Shown here: one piece after another, positions 50,301-61,177 of the stretch
How the letters are laid out: each line of letters begins with the position of its first letter
Numbering within the stretch: the stretch's first letter is position 1
Origin: Azolla caroliniana
Lineage: Eukaryota; Plantae; Polypodiophyta
Direction: 5' to 3'
Length of the DNA: 64,000 bases
NCBI GenBank assembly: GCA_043228905.1
Contig: JBHGNT010000003.1
Coordinates: 13,764,001 to 13,828,000 of the forward strand
Program-made: the position numbers and the translations under genes
Notes under the pieces: generated by a model
What the model was told of the DNA's origin: nothing
What the model saw: only the letters and a program-made list of their open reading frames with translations
Database searches by the model: none

Positions 50301-51064
50301 TAGTCAACTGTGCTTTCCCCTCCTCCATGTGGGAAACATGTGAGCTCTTCCGAGCCCGGCCACTTAGCTAAACCATTATATATGACCATCTGGTGCCGAC
50401 TGCCAAGTTCGAGCAGGTGATGGCCAAAGCTCGTGGCGTCCGCACCTTGATCCTTTGATCTACGTGTGGTGCCTATGTCTAAAGGATCAACATTTACCAT
50501 TTCTAGGTTTCTATTCATCTGAAATACTGTGCATTTTCGGGATTGGGTTCTCGCATTGAAGTCTCCTACAAGAAATACTTCTCCTTGGGAAGAATATCGG
50601 ATTATGTCATCCGATAGGGGTTCGTATGGAGAAGGCCCATGTGGCATTCCTTCATCGACTAATCTCGTCAAGCCACTAATATTATAACGGGATCCTTTTG
50701 GGGGAAAGTAACAAATGGCGAAAAATACTGCATGGTCTTTGCTTGTGGAGACTTTCACCCACATAAAACGAGCTTCTGGGTCTATCTTCATTATTTCTAT
50801 CCTATTATGTAGCTCTCTACGAAATAGTATCGCGACACCTCCAGATCCCCTAGTAGTGTGTCGACGTGAGGTTTGTCTAAAAGCGGACTCCCAACGGAAT
50901 CCTTCGACCCGTGGGAGTCCTCTATTTGGGCTCTGATGTGTTTCTACCAAGAAAAGTATATCAGATACCTTTAGTATCTCCTCTAGGCGGCCGGGGTGTG
51001 CCCAGAGTGCGCCATTACAATTCCATAGGGTCATCCTAAGTGCATTTTCTGTCACATGGGCCAC
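47333..51064 (-). CDS. LINE ORF2: APE endonuclease + reverse transcriptase + C-terminal Cys/His motif (first ATG at 51034)
   Basis: Uninterrupted 1243 codons; WNCNG, LVETH, GGVAIL, GDFNAR, STVDY, ADHS; EQAGFR, FVDFRKAFD, GVKQGCPLS, LLYADD, YVYLG; CRLCHIEIEDEYHFTCKC. Confidence 0.95.
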   Translation of the reverse strand: MAHVTENALRMTLWNCNGALWAHPGRLEEILKVSDILFLVETHQSPNRGLPRVEGFRWESAFRQTSRRHTTRGSGGVAILFRRELHNRIEIMKIDPEARFMWVKVSTSKDHAVFFAICYFPPKGSRYNISGLTRLVDEGMPHGPSPYEPLSDDIIRYSSQGEVFLVGDFNARTQSRKCTVFQMNRNLEMVNVDPLDIGTTRRSKDQGADATSFGHHLLELGSRHQMVIYNGLAKWPGSEELTCFPHGGGESTVDYLIGRPTATHLINSFRVAPCPIGADHSFLYFELKCDISKVTKSSQPCHHTTIHFTHELSDIYSQHVQAHLPSIDPSLPLESLSTKLTHILHSAAASSFPYTKHSNQGRSGSMPQNKWYDEDCRDLHRQLTVSQLNGSITSTQARKEMRKMTRRKRRAWEASQYWELYHMLMSSDCATAWKRLREPRPQTPIEDPETWHTYTERLYQIPNQPPFPMPSTPRPTTGTLFTTSRVMKVIKKLQHRKSMDHTGLRAEHIIYARECLAPLLTLIFNRALAEGFPPQWTMNTVTPIHKGGNPMDPNTYRTIMIGHTLAKLYGAVMEAELSDYMETLNLRAPEQAGFRRAFSTIDHIFTLRCLIDQTRARKKRLYCCFVDFRKAFDTVPRDRLSDRLKSLRIPDDMVWAIYALYEQMSGCVQCPGGLSNRFTSTIGVKQGCPLSLTLFGIYIDEITDFIAREGGTGVVLGDTQVRILLYADDIVLLSESEHDLQRHLNALDDFCVQRGLVVNLGKTKVLIFHTSAQVRAKCHLTISHSPVEVVGSYVYLGVTFSARSGKFSMTQAAKDRLTRGHASLSLLERQFHQAHFQEPRTKGWLFDSLVTPSLMYASAVWAPGLPSFMWTQLERPLVMMLSRQLRSKSTVPHDIIRAEFTLPPMLVEALFQLVVFIDRIHSQPHDRISHQAFKASRSLYESGYTSSWYGMMVTWLLANGLDINNLPPLRYNHTSDNTLISHENRNKVIRQEIWQIYTRCKWITPLEPLPSKMSYYKKHFMHFSELGFITRPKYLDVFLPHALRVAIGQLRISSHQLEIENGRTSGVPREGRICRLCHIEIEDEYHFTCKCPTYAEIRAKYQDILGPSPTLPKLLDTLDIKKLGKYILELKQHRENKLQNVDNNAANDHEHVTNAVFQEPEETTNADTLAPLGLSIDEAENQRRTRRPRVPGFKTTQRDVDAILKIRERELHRLEARARALSTLEPTSRPFDPPLLFERLGWK

Positions 51065-51109
51065 ACACCGTCAGTTAGTAGTGCGATCATTTATGATCAC
51101 TCGCCCGTC

Positions 51110-51883
51110 TCAGTAAAAGGCGCGATGGCCTTCTTTATGAGCTTGCATAACTCGTGGCATACAACTCTTGCGATGCTCAATTTGCATCTTAGTGAGGTCT
51201 TCATCGAGATAGATGGGGTCCCCATCCATTCCTCGAAGGATTGGTCTCTTCTTAAAGAAAGTGATTCTAGAGTCTAAGTCTTTAAATTGAAGGACTAAGG
51301 CTCTCTTCCTAGTTGTGTCACGCCCGGCCCTCCATGCTTTGGTGATAGGTAGGGCCTCTGTGTACCCTAACATTTTCCCAAGTGTTTGTGCGTCCTCATT
51401 TGGGGATGCACCTTCCTTGAGCCCAGTGACACGTACATTTAAGCGTCGGGCCTGACACATTTTCTCTTCTTCAAGGGTGGTGTTAACAATATTTTCATCT
51501 TTTATTTCTTTTTTAATGTTTCTTTTAACCACATCTACCCAACCCGTTTTAGCTAACTCTATGTTATTATTAACTTCCTCTTTAACTTTTTTAATTTCGT
51601 CCTTTATATCCTCTATAGAGGATATTTCACCGTCTTCTCGAGATACCTCGATGTCCTTAAGTTGTTTTTTAAGGTCAATGTTTTCTACTTTAAGTTGTTC
51701 TATTTCGGCCTTGAGGGCGTCTTTTTCCTCTCTATCTTTTTTCTTGTAGGTTTCGGTGTCTTTCACCCATTTTTTCATATCCATCTCTATTTTTGTTAAA
51801 CGATTAAACATATCTAAAAAGTCCTCCTTACTTATAGCCTCGTCTTGTATATCCTTAAGTTCCTTAGTCCGTCTAGACGTCAT
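51110..51883 (-). CDS. LINE ORF1 (coiled coil + RRM-like RNA-binding region)
   Basis: 257 aa; heptad-rich N-terminus, RRLNVRVTGLKE, LVLQF, IYLDEDLTK; directly upstream of ORF2. Confidence 0.88.
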   Translation of the reverse strand: MTSRRTKELKDIQDEAISKEDFLDMFNRLTKIEMDMKKWVKDTETYKKKDREEKDALKAEIEQLKVENIDLKKQLKDIEVSREDGEISSIEDIKDEIKKVKEEVNNNIELAKTGWVDVVKRNIKKEIKDENIVNTTLEEEKMCQARRLNVRVTGLKEGASPNEDAQTLGKMLGYTEALPITKAWRAGRDTTRKRALVLQFKDLDSRITFFKKRPILRGMDGDPIYLDEDLTKMQIEHRKSCMPRVMQAHKEGHRAFY

Positions 51884-52398
51884 TGTAGTGTCAATAAGAA
51901 AAAAAGAAGGTAAAATAAATGGGTTCGAGACTTAGCCGAGTTTTTGTGTGTGTCGCAATCACATCGGCATTTTGTAGCACGGGACGAGCACACCAAAAGA
52001 ACCCACCCACGAACTCGTCGAGAAAAAGGTACTTCACCACATCAAGAACGGAGAAGAAAACACCCCGTGACGGTGGCAGTCGTCAAAACGACGGTAGACG
52101 AGGACAGCCGACGGCAGACGGCGGCAGCAGACGGCAGACGGCGGCAGCAGACGGTGGACGACTGCACGGTGGCAGACGGCGACGGCCGCAGATAACGGCA
52201 GCGACGGCGACGGCGACGGCGACGACACTAGCCGGCGACAGAGAGAGACGAGGAAGCGAGCGATAGAGAGAGAGAGCAGACGGCGACGGTTGCCGCGGCT
52301 GCAGACGACGACGACGGTGACGGCGACGGCGACGACAGCGACAGAGAGAGCCGTTAGCGACAGAGAGAGCTGTTAGCAACAGCAACAGCGAGCCGTTA

Positions 52399-52479
<81 letters not shown>

Positions 52480-55400
52480 TTGACACCGACTCACACACAC
52501 ACACGATTCCGACCCAACTCATGCCCTTATGTATAGAAACGGAGGTAAGAGGACACCAAAGCACCCGCACAGACACCGATACGCAGAACCCTCCACACAT
52601 ATATTACAAGATGAAGATACAATAATGGCATCGAGCCCGACCTAAGTAGCTTAGGTTGCAACAGTCGTCTACTGCCAAGCCGCCGATCAGGGAGCTCTCA
52701 GGCTTGTCGCATCAAGCGGGGTCTTGCACAGGGGACGGGGCAGCAAACAGAAACACTACAAGTCCCGGCTCGATACACAGAACGACGAAGAGGAAGAAGT
52801 AGAGGAAAGAAGAAGAAGAAACGAAACCCTAAAACAAGAGGAAGAGAAAGAGATGATGTCTCTTAATCCAACGGTATACCCTACGAATGCAAAAATGGGC
52901 AACCCCTTCACAAGAGGCTCTCCCTTCCTTTTATAGAACAAGGAAGGAGATACGTTACAATGTGGGATAAATCCCGACCTACATGGGATTCTCTGTCCCG
53001 ACTTGACTACTCTTCGGCGCCATAAAGGCGCCCTCGTTATTCACACTAAATGTACAAGGGTGAGTACAAGGGTGAGCGCACATGCTGCACCCCGCCGATG
53101 TAGCCAATATTTCCCGGTTTCCACCTCTGGCCGAAATTCTTCACGAAATCCGCCCCCACCAAACCGCACGTCCACTGGTATGTGCCAAATCCGGTGAAGG
53201 GTGAGAGATTTCGGCCGATGAGAAACCGGTCAACCGTAATCCGCATCCCGGCTCGCTGCCGGTTTGAATCGTCGGCCTTGGTTCTTCCTTCGCGCTTACC
53301 TCCCCGTAGGCTCGTTCGACCCGTCGATGGGTCTTTCGCCGCGATCTCCATAGCACGCGTACTTCCGTTGGCCCTTGTTCGGCCGTATGCACGCCCCGCT
53401 CTCCGCCGTATGCCCGATGTCCTCCGCTTGAGGAATGCCCGTAGTGGCCCGCTTGGCCTTCGTCGACCATTCGTGTTGTCTTGATTGCCGTCCCATGTTG
53501 TTTAATGTTGCCTTCGTCGTCTTGCCGCCACCTTCCTTCTCCATGGTCTTACGCCGCCATGTCGGCTCGAACCGCCATGGTCTCTGGAACGGTGTGGAGG
53601 ATCCTCCTCCGGACTCCCAAGTCATCCCCTGATTCCGACCCTGTGCAATCCACTATGCACTCGTCACCTCGTTCCCAGAACCTCCCTTGTGCTGTCTTCC
53701 GCTTCATTTGTTCGGCACTGCCCGTGCCGAACACCGTCCCGTAGTCACGCTTTGATCCGGCCCGCGATGGCCACTTGCGAGACTCTTGTTCCGTCCCAGG
53801 TGTGCCATTCCGACCCGACACACCTCCTCGTGTTTGCCCCTACCGGCTGCTTCCGAAACCGTAACCGGCCTGTAAGGGTTTGCACTTCGTCCGCCCCCGT
53901 CTTACCAACTCCCCATCCGCTATCTCGTGTCGTCGGGTCATGTTTCCCGCCACCACCAACCTTCTCTCTCGGTCTCATGTTGCCACGTTGGCCGAACTGC
54001 CGGAGTCTCTGGTTCGGTGTGGGGATCCTGTAGGACCGGACTCCGTTTCTCTACTTGCCGAAATTCGGGTGTCTTTTGTCGGAGTCCTTCGCGACTCTCC
54101 TCGCGTCTTCCACGTAGCTAGCTCCCGCCTTCGTGTTGCCGGGTCCTGTTTCCCGCCGCCACCAACCTTCTCTCTCGGTCTCATGTTGACGCGATGGCCG
54201 AACTGCTGGAGTCTCTGGTTCGGTGTGGGGATTCCGTAGGACCGGACTTCCTTATGCCCACTAACCTTGCCGGAAGATCCAAAATGGTCCGTAGCCGCCT
54301 CGCCGGCCTCATACCTCCTTTCCCTCTGCTTTCTGTCGTCCGATCACGTTCACCTGCCGCCACCGTCCTTTCCTATAGGACTCATGCCTGCAGTTGGGCC
54401 GACCGCCGGATCGGTCTGAGGATCTCCGTGGGGCCTGCCGTCTCGGTCTTCGGTTGCCCGCCTTGCCACCACCACCGTTCTTCTCTCTAGGTGTCACGTT
54501 GAACCTCGTCGCCAGCTGCCAGAGTGTCTAGAACCGGCGTGTGCAAGGTCGATGCAGCACCGCTTGCCGTCTTCCTGACCTCTGCGTCGGCCTCCTCGGC
54601 TGGTCGCGTTCTCCTGCTGACACCAATCTCTCCTATAGGGCTCACGCCGGCACTCGGCCCGACAGCCGGATCGGTGTGAGGATCTCCGTAGACCGCCCAT
54701 CTGCAATTCCTTGCCTTCGTCCCCTCACCGCCACCGTCAGTATCTTGGTCTTACGTTGACCGCGTTGCCGACTGTTGAAGTCTCTCGATCCGGTGTGAAG
54801 GATCCTCCTTAGGCCTCCGGTTTGTCTTCCCGACCCTGTCCCGGGTCATCCTTCTCCGCATGCCAAGAGGGCGGTTTGCTCCGCACCCTCTCCCGTGGTA
54901 CCGACGTACCGATTTACTTCCTTCCGGATTGGTTATCCGGAAACACGTCCTCCCTGTTATGGTTCAGGTCTGTTCGCATTGGCCGTTCATGTTTCTCGCC
55001 GCCACCGTCCTTCTCTCTAGGTTTCATGTTGCCACGTTGGCCGAACTGCCGGAGTCTCTGGATCGGTGTGGGGATCCCGTAGGATTGGTTGCTTTCATCC
55101 TCACTCACATTTGCTTCTTTTGATCTCTTCGCCCTCCTTCTCGCGTGTCCGCCTCCATCTCCCATCTCTCCAGGTCTCACGTCGGCATTCGTTGTCGGCT
55201 GCTTGGGTCTCGGGATAAGACGTGGTGTTTACGTCCTGTAATGATTTGCGGACGCTCGTTCAGGGTACCGCTCCCCAAGCACGTTCGGTGAGAAGCATCT
55301 GGACTTCGATCGATCAAGTGCCGCCTGCACTTGATTCTCCAATGTTCAGAGTTTCAGGCAGCGGTGTCCGAAACCTGCCGGTCTCTCTCCGCAACCTCGA

Positions 55401-56735
55401 TCGCTAGCTTCCCGATTTGCAGCCTTCGCCTGGCCGGCTTGTGTCCTCATGTAAAAGAGGGAGATTTGTTTCGCACCCTCTTCCGTGCCGGCACTACTGT
55501 ACCGAACCGAGGCCTACCGATCGGGCTCTATAGCCCGTCCCTGGTCTTTCGTGCCGTGGGCTGGTTTCGGTTGAGTCACCCACATCCGGTTCACGCTCCA
55601 TCCGAATCGGAATGCCGATCTTTCCGTGCCTCTTCCTTCCTTGACCTCCTCGCAGGCCGTTTCCCATCCCTCTTCACTGGCATTGTGCCAGGACTCCTCG
55701 TCGGTGCCTTCCTTCTCTCCGGTCTCATGTTGGCACACGGGCTTGACCATCGGAGTCCCCGGAATCCGCGTGGAGGGCTCTTCTCCGCTCCCAACCTTGT
55801 CCTCGGTCGGCAATTCTCCACAAGTTGAGAGGGCGTCTTGCTCCTCACCCTCTCCCGTGGTATCGTGGTACCCTCCCTTGGCCTCTGCCTGGGCCATGTC
55901 CACCTCGTCTAGAAGGCCGACTAGCTCTGGGTCTCCGGAATCCGACTGCGTGCTGGATCTTTCTTCTTCTTCGACCATCACCTTCAAAGCCTCGTACGCT
56001 TCCGCAATCCTAGCCCCGACGCCGACCCTTGCCAACTCTCTTTGCCGTCTGGCCTCTTCCCGTTGTGATGGCACGCCGTCGCGCGCCTTCCCCTTAGCCT
56101 TCTCGGCTCGCTCGTCATCTAGCTGTTGGCATACCCTTCCGACCTTCGACCAGTCCACCGTAAGCCCATTCGCTCTGTCATCGTCTTCGAGCTCAATCCC
56201 GATGGCCTCCCGTTCCGCTCGGTCGATCGACCTGATGAACAATAGGACTTTGTCCACCCCCACCAAACCTTGTTCCCACTCCGGGAGCCGAGCAAGCCGT
56301 TGCTCGAACTCTCGGAACTCCTTCGTTGCGCCCCGGTGGGTCTTTGCCGATGCTACCCACTGGTCGAAGTCGTGTCGTCCCCGGCTCTTCCGTCGTCCTC
56401 CATATGCCTGTAGGAGCGCCTCTTCAAAGGCCTCCCACGAACTATGAGCTTCTCGTAGCTCCTTCACTTCCGTGTGCATACGGACGGTGACAACCTGACA
56501 GAAGAACTCCAGCCTCCACGCTTCGTCCAGGTCTCGCTCCTCCATTTCCGCGTTGGAGGCTTCCAAGTAAGATGGGACTTTGTCCCCGTTGAAACGGCCG
56601 ACTCTTTCAACCACTCGCTCGACCGCTTGCTGCGCCGACTCTCGTCTTGCTGTCGCTCGTCCAAACTCCCCACCGCTTCGACGAAAAGTTGCACGAAGTT
56701 GTCTTGTTCCAAGTCCATTCTCCCTTGCCGCCCTT

Positions 56736-59700
56736 TGACAGGAACTACACGCTCCGATGAACAACGCTCGGCCACAACCGAGTCTAAAATCAAACACAGA
56801 AAATGGATAATGAACGCACGACACAAAGGAGAGAAGAGTACATAGGATGTTTAACGTGGAAAACCCTGAGAGGGAAAACCACGGGAGTTCACAGACTCCA
56901 AACTATCACTATATCACAGTGATTACAACAGTGAGCTCACGGAGGCAACAACCTCGTGCTCACGATCTTCGCCACAAGCGGCGGTTACAACAGAGGCAAC
57001 GACCTCTTCCTCTCTCTCTCTCTCTCTCTCTGGACACCATTACACGCTCTCTGATCTAGCGCCAACAAGAATGACAACAACAACTCTAAGTTTGCCCTAA
57101 GTCATATTTATACTAATATGACTTTTCGGCTATTTACAAATATAGCCCCGATGGACTCTTAGAAACATATTTACGAATATGTCCCTTCATCCGGTGAGCA
57201 CTCCTCACCGGGCTTGCATCATTCGGCGCTTGCCGGACCCTCATCATCCGGTTCTCACCGGGTCTTCCGTTTCCGGGTACTCCTTCATCCTGTTCTTACC
57301 GGGTCTTCCCATCCGGAAGGACCTGTTTCCTAACAAATTCCCCCTTCACTCCGGCATGGGATGTCTTACTAGTCCGACCCGCTTCCGACATGCATCCAGC
57401 TTGTCAGGTGTTAGCACTTTGGTCAACATATCTGACCCGTTCTCAGCCGTGTGGATCTTCGTCAACGCGAATTCCTGGTCATCCACTCTTTCCTGTATCC
57501 AGTGATACCTACGCTGGATATGCTTCGTTCGGGAATGGTAGGCCGCATTCTTAGCAAGGTGGATGGCACTTTGACTGTCGCAATAGAGCCGGTATTCATC
57601 TTGCCGGATACCGAGCTCTCTGATGAAGTCCTTCATCCATAATATTTCCTTGCCGGCTTCCACAGCCGCCATGTACTCCGTCTCCGTGGTTGACAATGCA
57701 ACCGTCTTCTGTAGCCTCGACTGCCACGAAACAGCTCCCCATGCATATGTCATTACATACCCAGATGTAGACCGGCTGGTATCCACATCAGCCGACATGT
57801 CCGAATCGGTAAAACCGTCAAGTTGAGGTTTTCCGGAGACGAATCAGAGACACATATTCGAAGTGCCCTTCAAGTACCAGAGTATCCATTTGACCGCGTT
57901 CCAGTGCTCCTTGCCGGGATTGCTCATGAACCGGCTCACCACTCCGACTACGTATCCAATATTTGGTCGAGTACACACCATTGCGTACATTAAGCTCCCG
58001 ACAACAGAGGCATATGGAACCTTCATCATATCCGCCTTCTCTGCTTTCGTCTTCGGGCTTTGCTTAACGGATAACTTGTAGTTTGCCGGAAGTGTCGATC
58101 CGACCAGTTTCGCATATGACATGTTGAACCACTGAAGCACCTTTGTCAGGTACTTCTCCTGTGACAACCACAATTGCTTCATTGACCGGTCCCGGATAAT
58201 ATGCATCCCCAGCATCTGTCTTGCCGGATCCAAGTCTTTCATTGAGAAGGTCCAATTGAGAGCCTTCTTCAGCATCCGTATTTTGGCTTGGTCCCGTTCG
58301 AGGATCAGCATGTTGTCCATGTACAGAAGGAGTATCAGTAAGTCGCCTCCTTCGAACTTCTTCACAAACACGCAGTGATCGGCCTGCGTCTTGTGGTACC
58401 CTGGATCGGTCATGAAGGAGTCGAACTTCTGGTACCATTGCCGGGGGGCCTGCTTCAACCCGTAGAGGCTCTTCTTCAACCCGTAGATGCTCCTTCCCTT
58501 TCTCCACGAATCCTTCCGGTTGCTGCATGTAGATCTCCTCTTCGAGGTCACCGTGAAGGAATGTCGTCTTCACGTCCAGCTACTCTACCTCGAGGTCCAT
58601 GCTTGCCGCTATACTCAACATCGTCCGAGTGGAGGTCATCTTTACTATTGGGGCAAATATCTCGTCGAAGTCCACGCCCTTCTTCTGCTGGAACCCCTTC
58701 ACCACGATCCTGGCTTTGTATCGGGGGGGCGGGGGGGGGGGGGGGGGGGGTTGCCGGTATCTCCCGGTTTCAACTTGTACACCCACTTGTTTCAGAGTGG
58801 CCGCTTTCCTTTCGGCAACTACACCAACTCGTACGTATGGTTCTCATGCAGGGAATCCATCTTATCCTACATGGCACTTAACCATTTTCGGTTGTGGGTG
58901 TCATCCTTAGCTTCTTCGAAGCTTTCTGGCTCCCCCTCATCGGTTAGGAGCACATGCTCTGAATCCGGAAATCTTCGGGGGGGCCTTCTCTCTTTGAGAG
59001 GATATCTCCGTCTCTGGGCTTCGGTAACCGGTTCCTCCATTTGCTCTTCATCTGAATTTGGCCGGTTCCGGTTTCAGCTTCCTCTACTTCTTCTTCTGCC
59101 GGTTCGGTATCCTCACCGTAACCGGCTGATTCCTCGAGTGCTAACCGGTCTCTTGCCGGTTGGGTCTGCTCATCGTGGAATTGATCCTTACCGGTTGACT
59201 CGGAGTTCATTATCTTCTTCTCCAACTCCCTGTCGGCGAGGTCTTGTCCTCCATGAAGATAATAGCTCGACTCCGGAATACCTTCTTGTCGACCAGGTCC
59301 CACACTCGATAGCCGAACTCATCGTCGCCGTAACTGAGGAATATGCACGTACGGGTCTTCGGATCTAGTTTTCCTCTCCGGTCCTTAGCTACATGCACGT
59401 ACGCAAGACACCCGAATACCTTCAGATGCCGGTAGGACACTTCCTTACCGGTCCAGACTCTCTGTGGCGTGTCTCCGTCCAAGGGTACTTAGGGTGATCT
59501 CTTTATCACATATGTCGCCGTCGAGAGTGCCTCAACCCAAAACTTCTTGGGTAGTTTTGCATGCGCCAGCATACTCCGGACCCTCCATTATGGTCCGGTT
59601 CATCCTCTCGGCCAACCCGTTTAGTTCCGGCGTCTTCGGCACCGTAAATTCGAGCCAGATTCCCTTCGAGCGACAATACTCCTCGAACTGCCCCCGGTAT

Positions 59701-60823
59701 TCCCCTCCATTATCTGCTCGAACCGCCTTCAGCTTCCGGCCGGTTTCTCTTTCCACTCTCGCGTGCAGCTCTTTGAAGATGGATAACACCTGATCCTTCG
59801 TCTTCAACGGTGTGGCCCAGAGCTTTCGGCTATGGTCATCTATGAACGTCACGAAGTACTGCGATCCTGCATGTGACTTCGTGTCCACTTGACACACATC
59901 CGTGTGCACCAACTCCAGTGGCGCATTACGTCTCATCGGTGGCCTCGATTGGAAGGAGGTCCGGTTTTGTTTACCGGCTAGACAATCAGTGCACTTCTCT
60001 AAGTGCACGTTCTTCACTGGAATGAGGTTGTTGTCTGCAAGCCTCTTCATCCCCTTCTCGCTCATGTTACACAACCTCTTGTGCCACAGCTCACCGGCAG
60101 TGTCGGATGCCACGTTCACTTCCTCCGGACATAACCGGGCATTCATCAGGTACAATGTGTTGACCTTCTGGGCCCGAGCCACAATCAGGCTCCCTTTGCT
60201 GAACTTCATAACACCGTTCCGGATGCTACCCGTGTAGCCTTCATCATCTAGCCGACCGGCTGATATCAGGTTCAGACGAACCTCCGGAACGTGTTGGACA
60301 TCCTTCAGCAGCAGCTTGCATCCAATTGGCGTTGTCAACCACACGTCTCCTATGCCGACAATTTGGCATGTACCTTCATTCCCCATCCGGACATAGCCGT
60401 GATCACCGGCTGAGTAGGATGAGAAGCATTTCCGATCCAGGGTAAGGTGGAACGACGCTCCGGAGTCGACCACCCAGGTCGTCTTGTCGCCGGCAAGGTT
60501 TATCTCACTCTCCTCGGTGATGAGCATCAACTCTTCTTCACTTGCCGTGATTGCCGTCGTTCCCTTCCAGTCTGGCCCCCTCCGGTTTTTACCGTTTCGG
60601 TCCGGTGTCCGCTTTGAATCGGTACCGTCGGTTTCCTTGTCTTTTCGGAAATGCCAACAGTTCTTCTGGAAGTGTCTTGGCTTGCCGCAATAGAAGCAAG
60701 TAGGCCTCCCCCTTGACTTTAACCGTGTCCCTGACTTTTCCCGGTTCTGGGGACTACGGTTCCTTTGTCTTCTGCGTTCCGATTCGGTAAGGAGCGCTTT
60801 GGAGTCGGAGCTCGTATCCTTAT
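56736..60823 (-). mobile_element. Copia family A copy 5: 3' LTR (56736-57335), PPT, RH-RT-INT-PR and gag tail, frameshifted; cut at 60823 by a DNA transposon
   Basis: ORFs 57346-57798, 57844-58551 and 59532-60530 are homologous to A1/A2; the LTR reads TGTTAGGAAACAGG...CCTGTCA on the minus strand. Confidence 0.93.
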
Positions 60824-61177
60824 GGGTGGAAGCATACGAGTGGAAACAATTAGCTATGTCCTTGACATAGCTAATTAGCTATGCAAAAAGCTACCATTGA
60901 TAAATAGTCATTTTAGTAAAAAGCCATCATTAATAAATTAAGTATGCAAAAAACTACCATTGAAAATACTAGAGTGTTTTAATTACATATGTAAATGAGT
61001 GCCATAAATGTGCAACATAAATTGATGTGTGCACCATAAATGTGTACCATAAATTATATATCGAATTCCTAGGTCCATTATGCATGATCCTTTGCCACAT
61101 CACGTAGGCCATCTCTAGTTGAGTATTGTGGGTTAGTTGCTACCACTGTTGCTAAACCCTATCGAGTCCACCTGCCG

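Larger units (their letters stand above)
47127..52400 (-). mobile_element. Full-length two-ORF non-LTR retrotransposon (RTEX-like), about 5.3 kb, with (TTTC)n tail
   Basis: GC-rich repetitive 5' UTR (about 51884-52400), ORF1, ORF2, 3' UTR with stem-loop and microsatellite tail; (AG)n on both sides. The clade call is inferred from the architecture. Confidence 0.9.
46983..56735 (-). mobile_element. Family E copy 2 (gag-only interior of about 3.6 kb, PPT at 53149-53160, 3' LTR 46983-53148 split by the LINE), inserted antiparallel into E1
   Basis: 46983-47126 and 52401-53148 are the reverse complement of the E1 LTR; gag-like ORF at 55514-56717; no PR/RT/RH/INT motifs seen between gag and PPT. 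Confidence 0.85.

Noticed and set aside
55626-56447. Long antisense ORFs (also 9006-9521, 58487-59368)
   Set aside because: Ser/Pro/Leu-rich shadows of GC-rich TE coding strands with no recognisable domains.
55514-56824. 436-aa ORF as an intact gene
   Set aside because: Its N-terminus is read from the inserted Copia LTR; the true gag start (MDLEQDNF, about 56717) is in another frame, so this gag is frameshifted.
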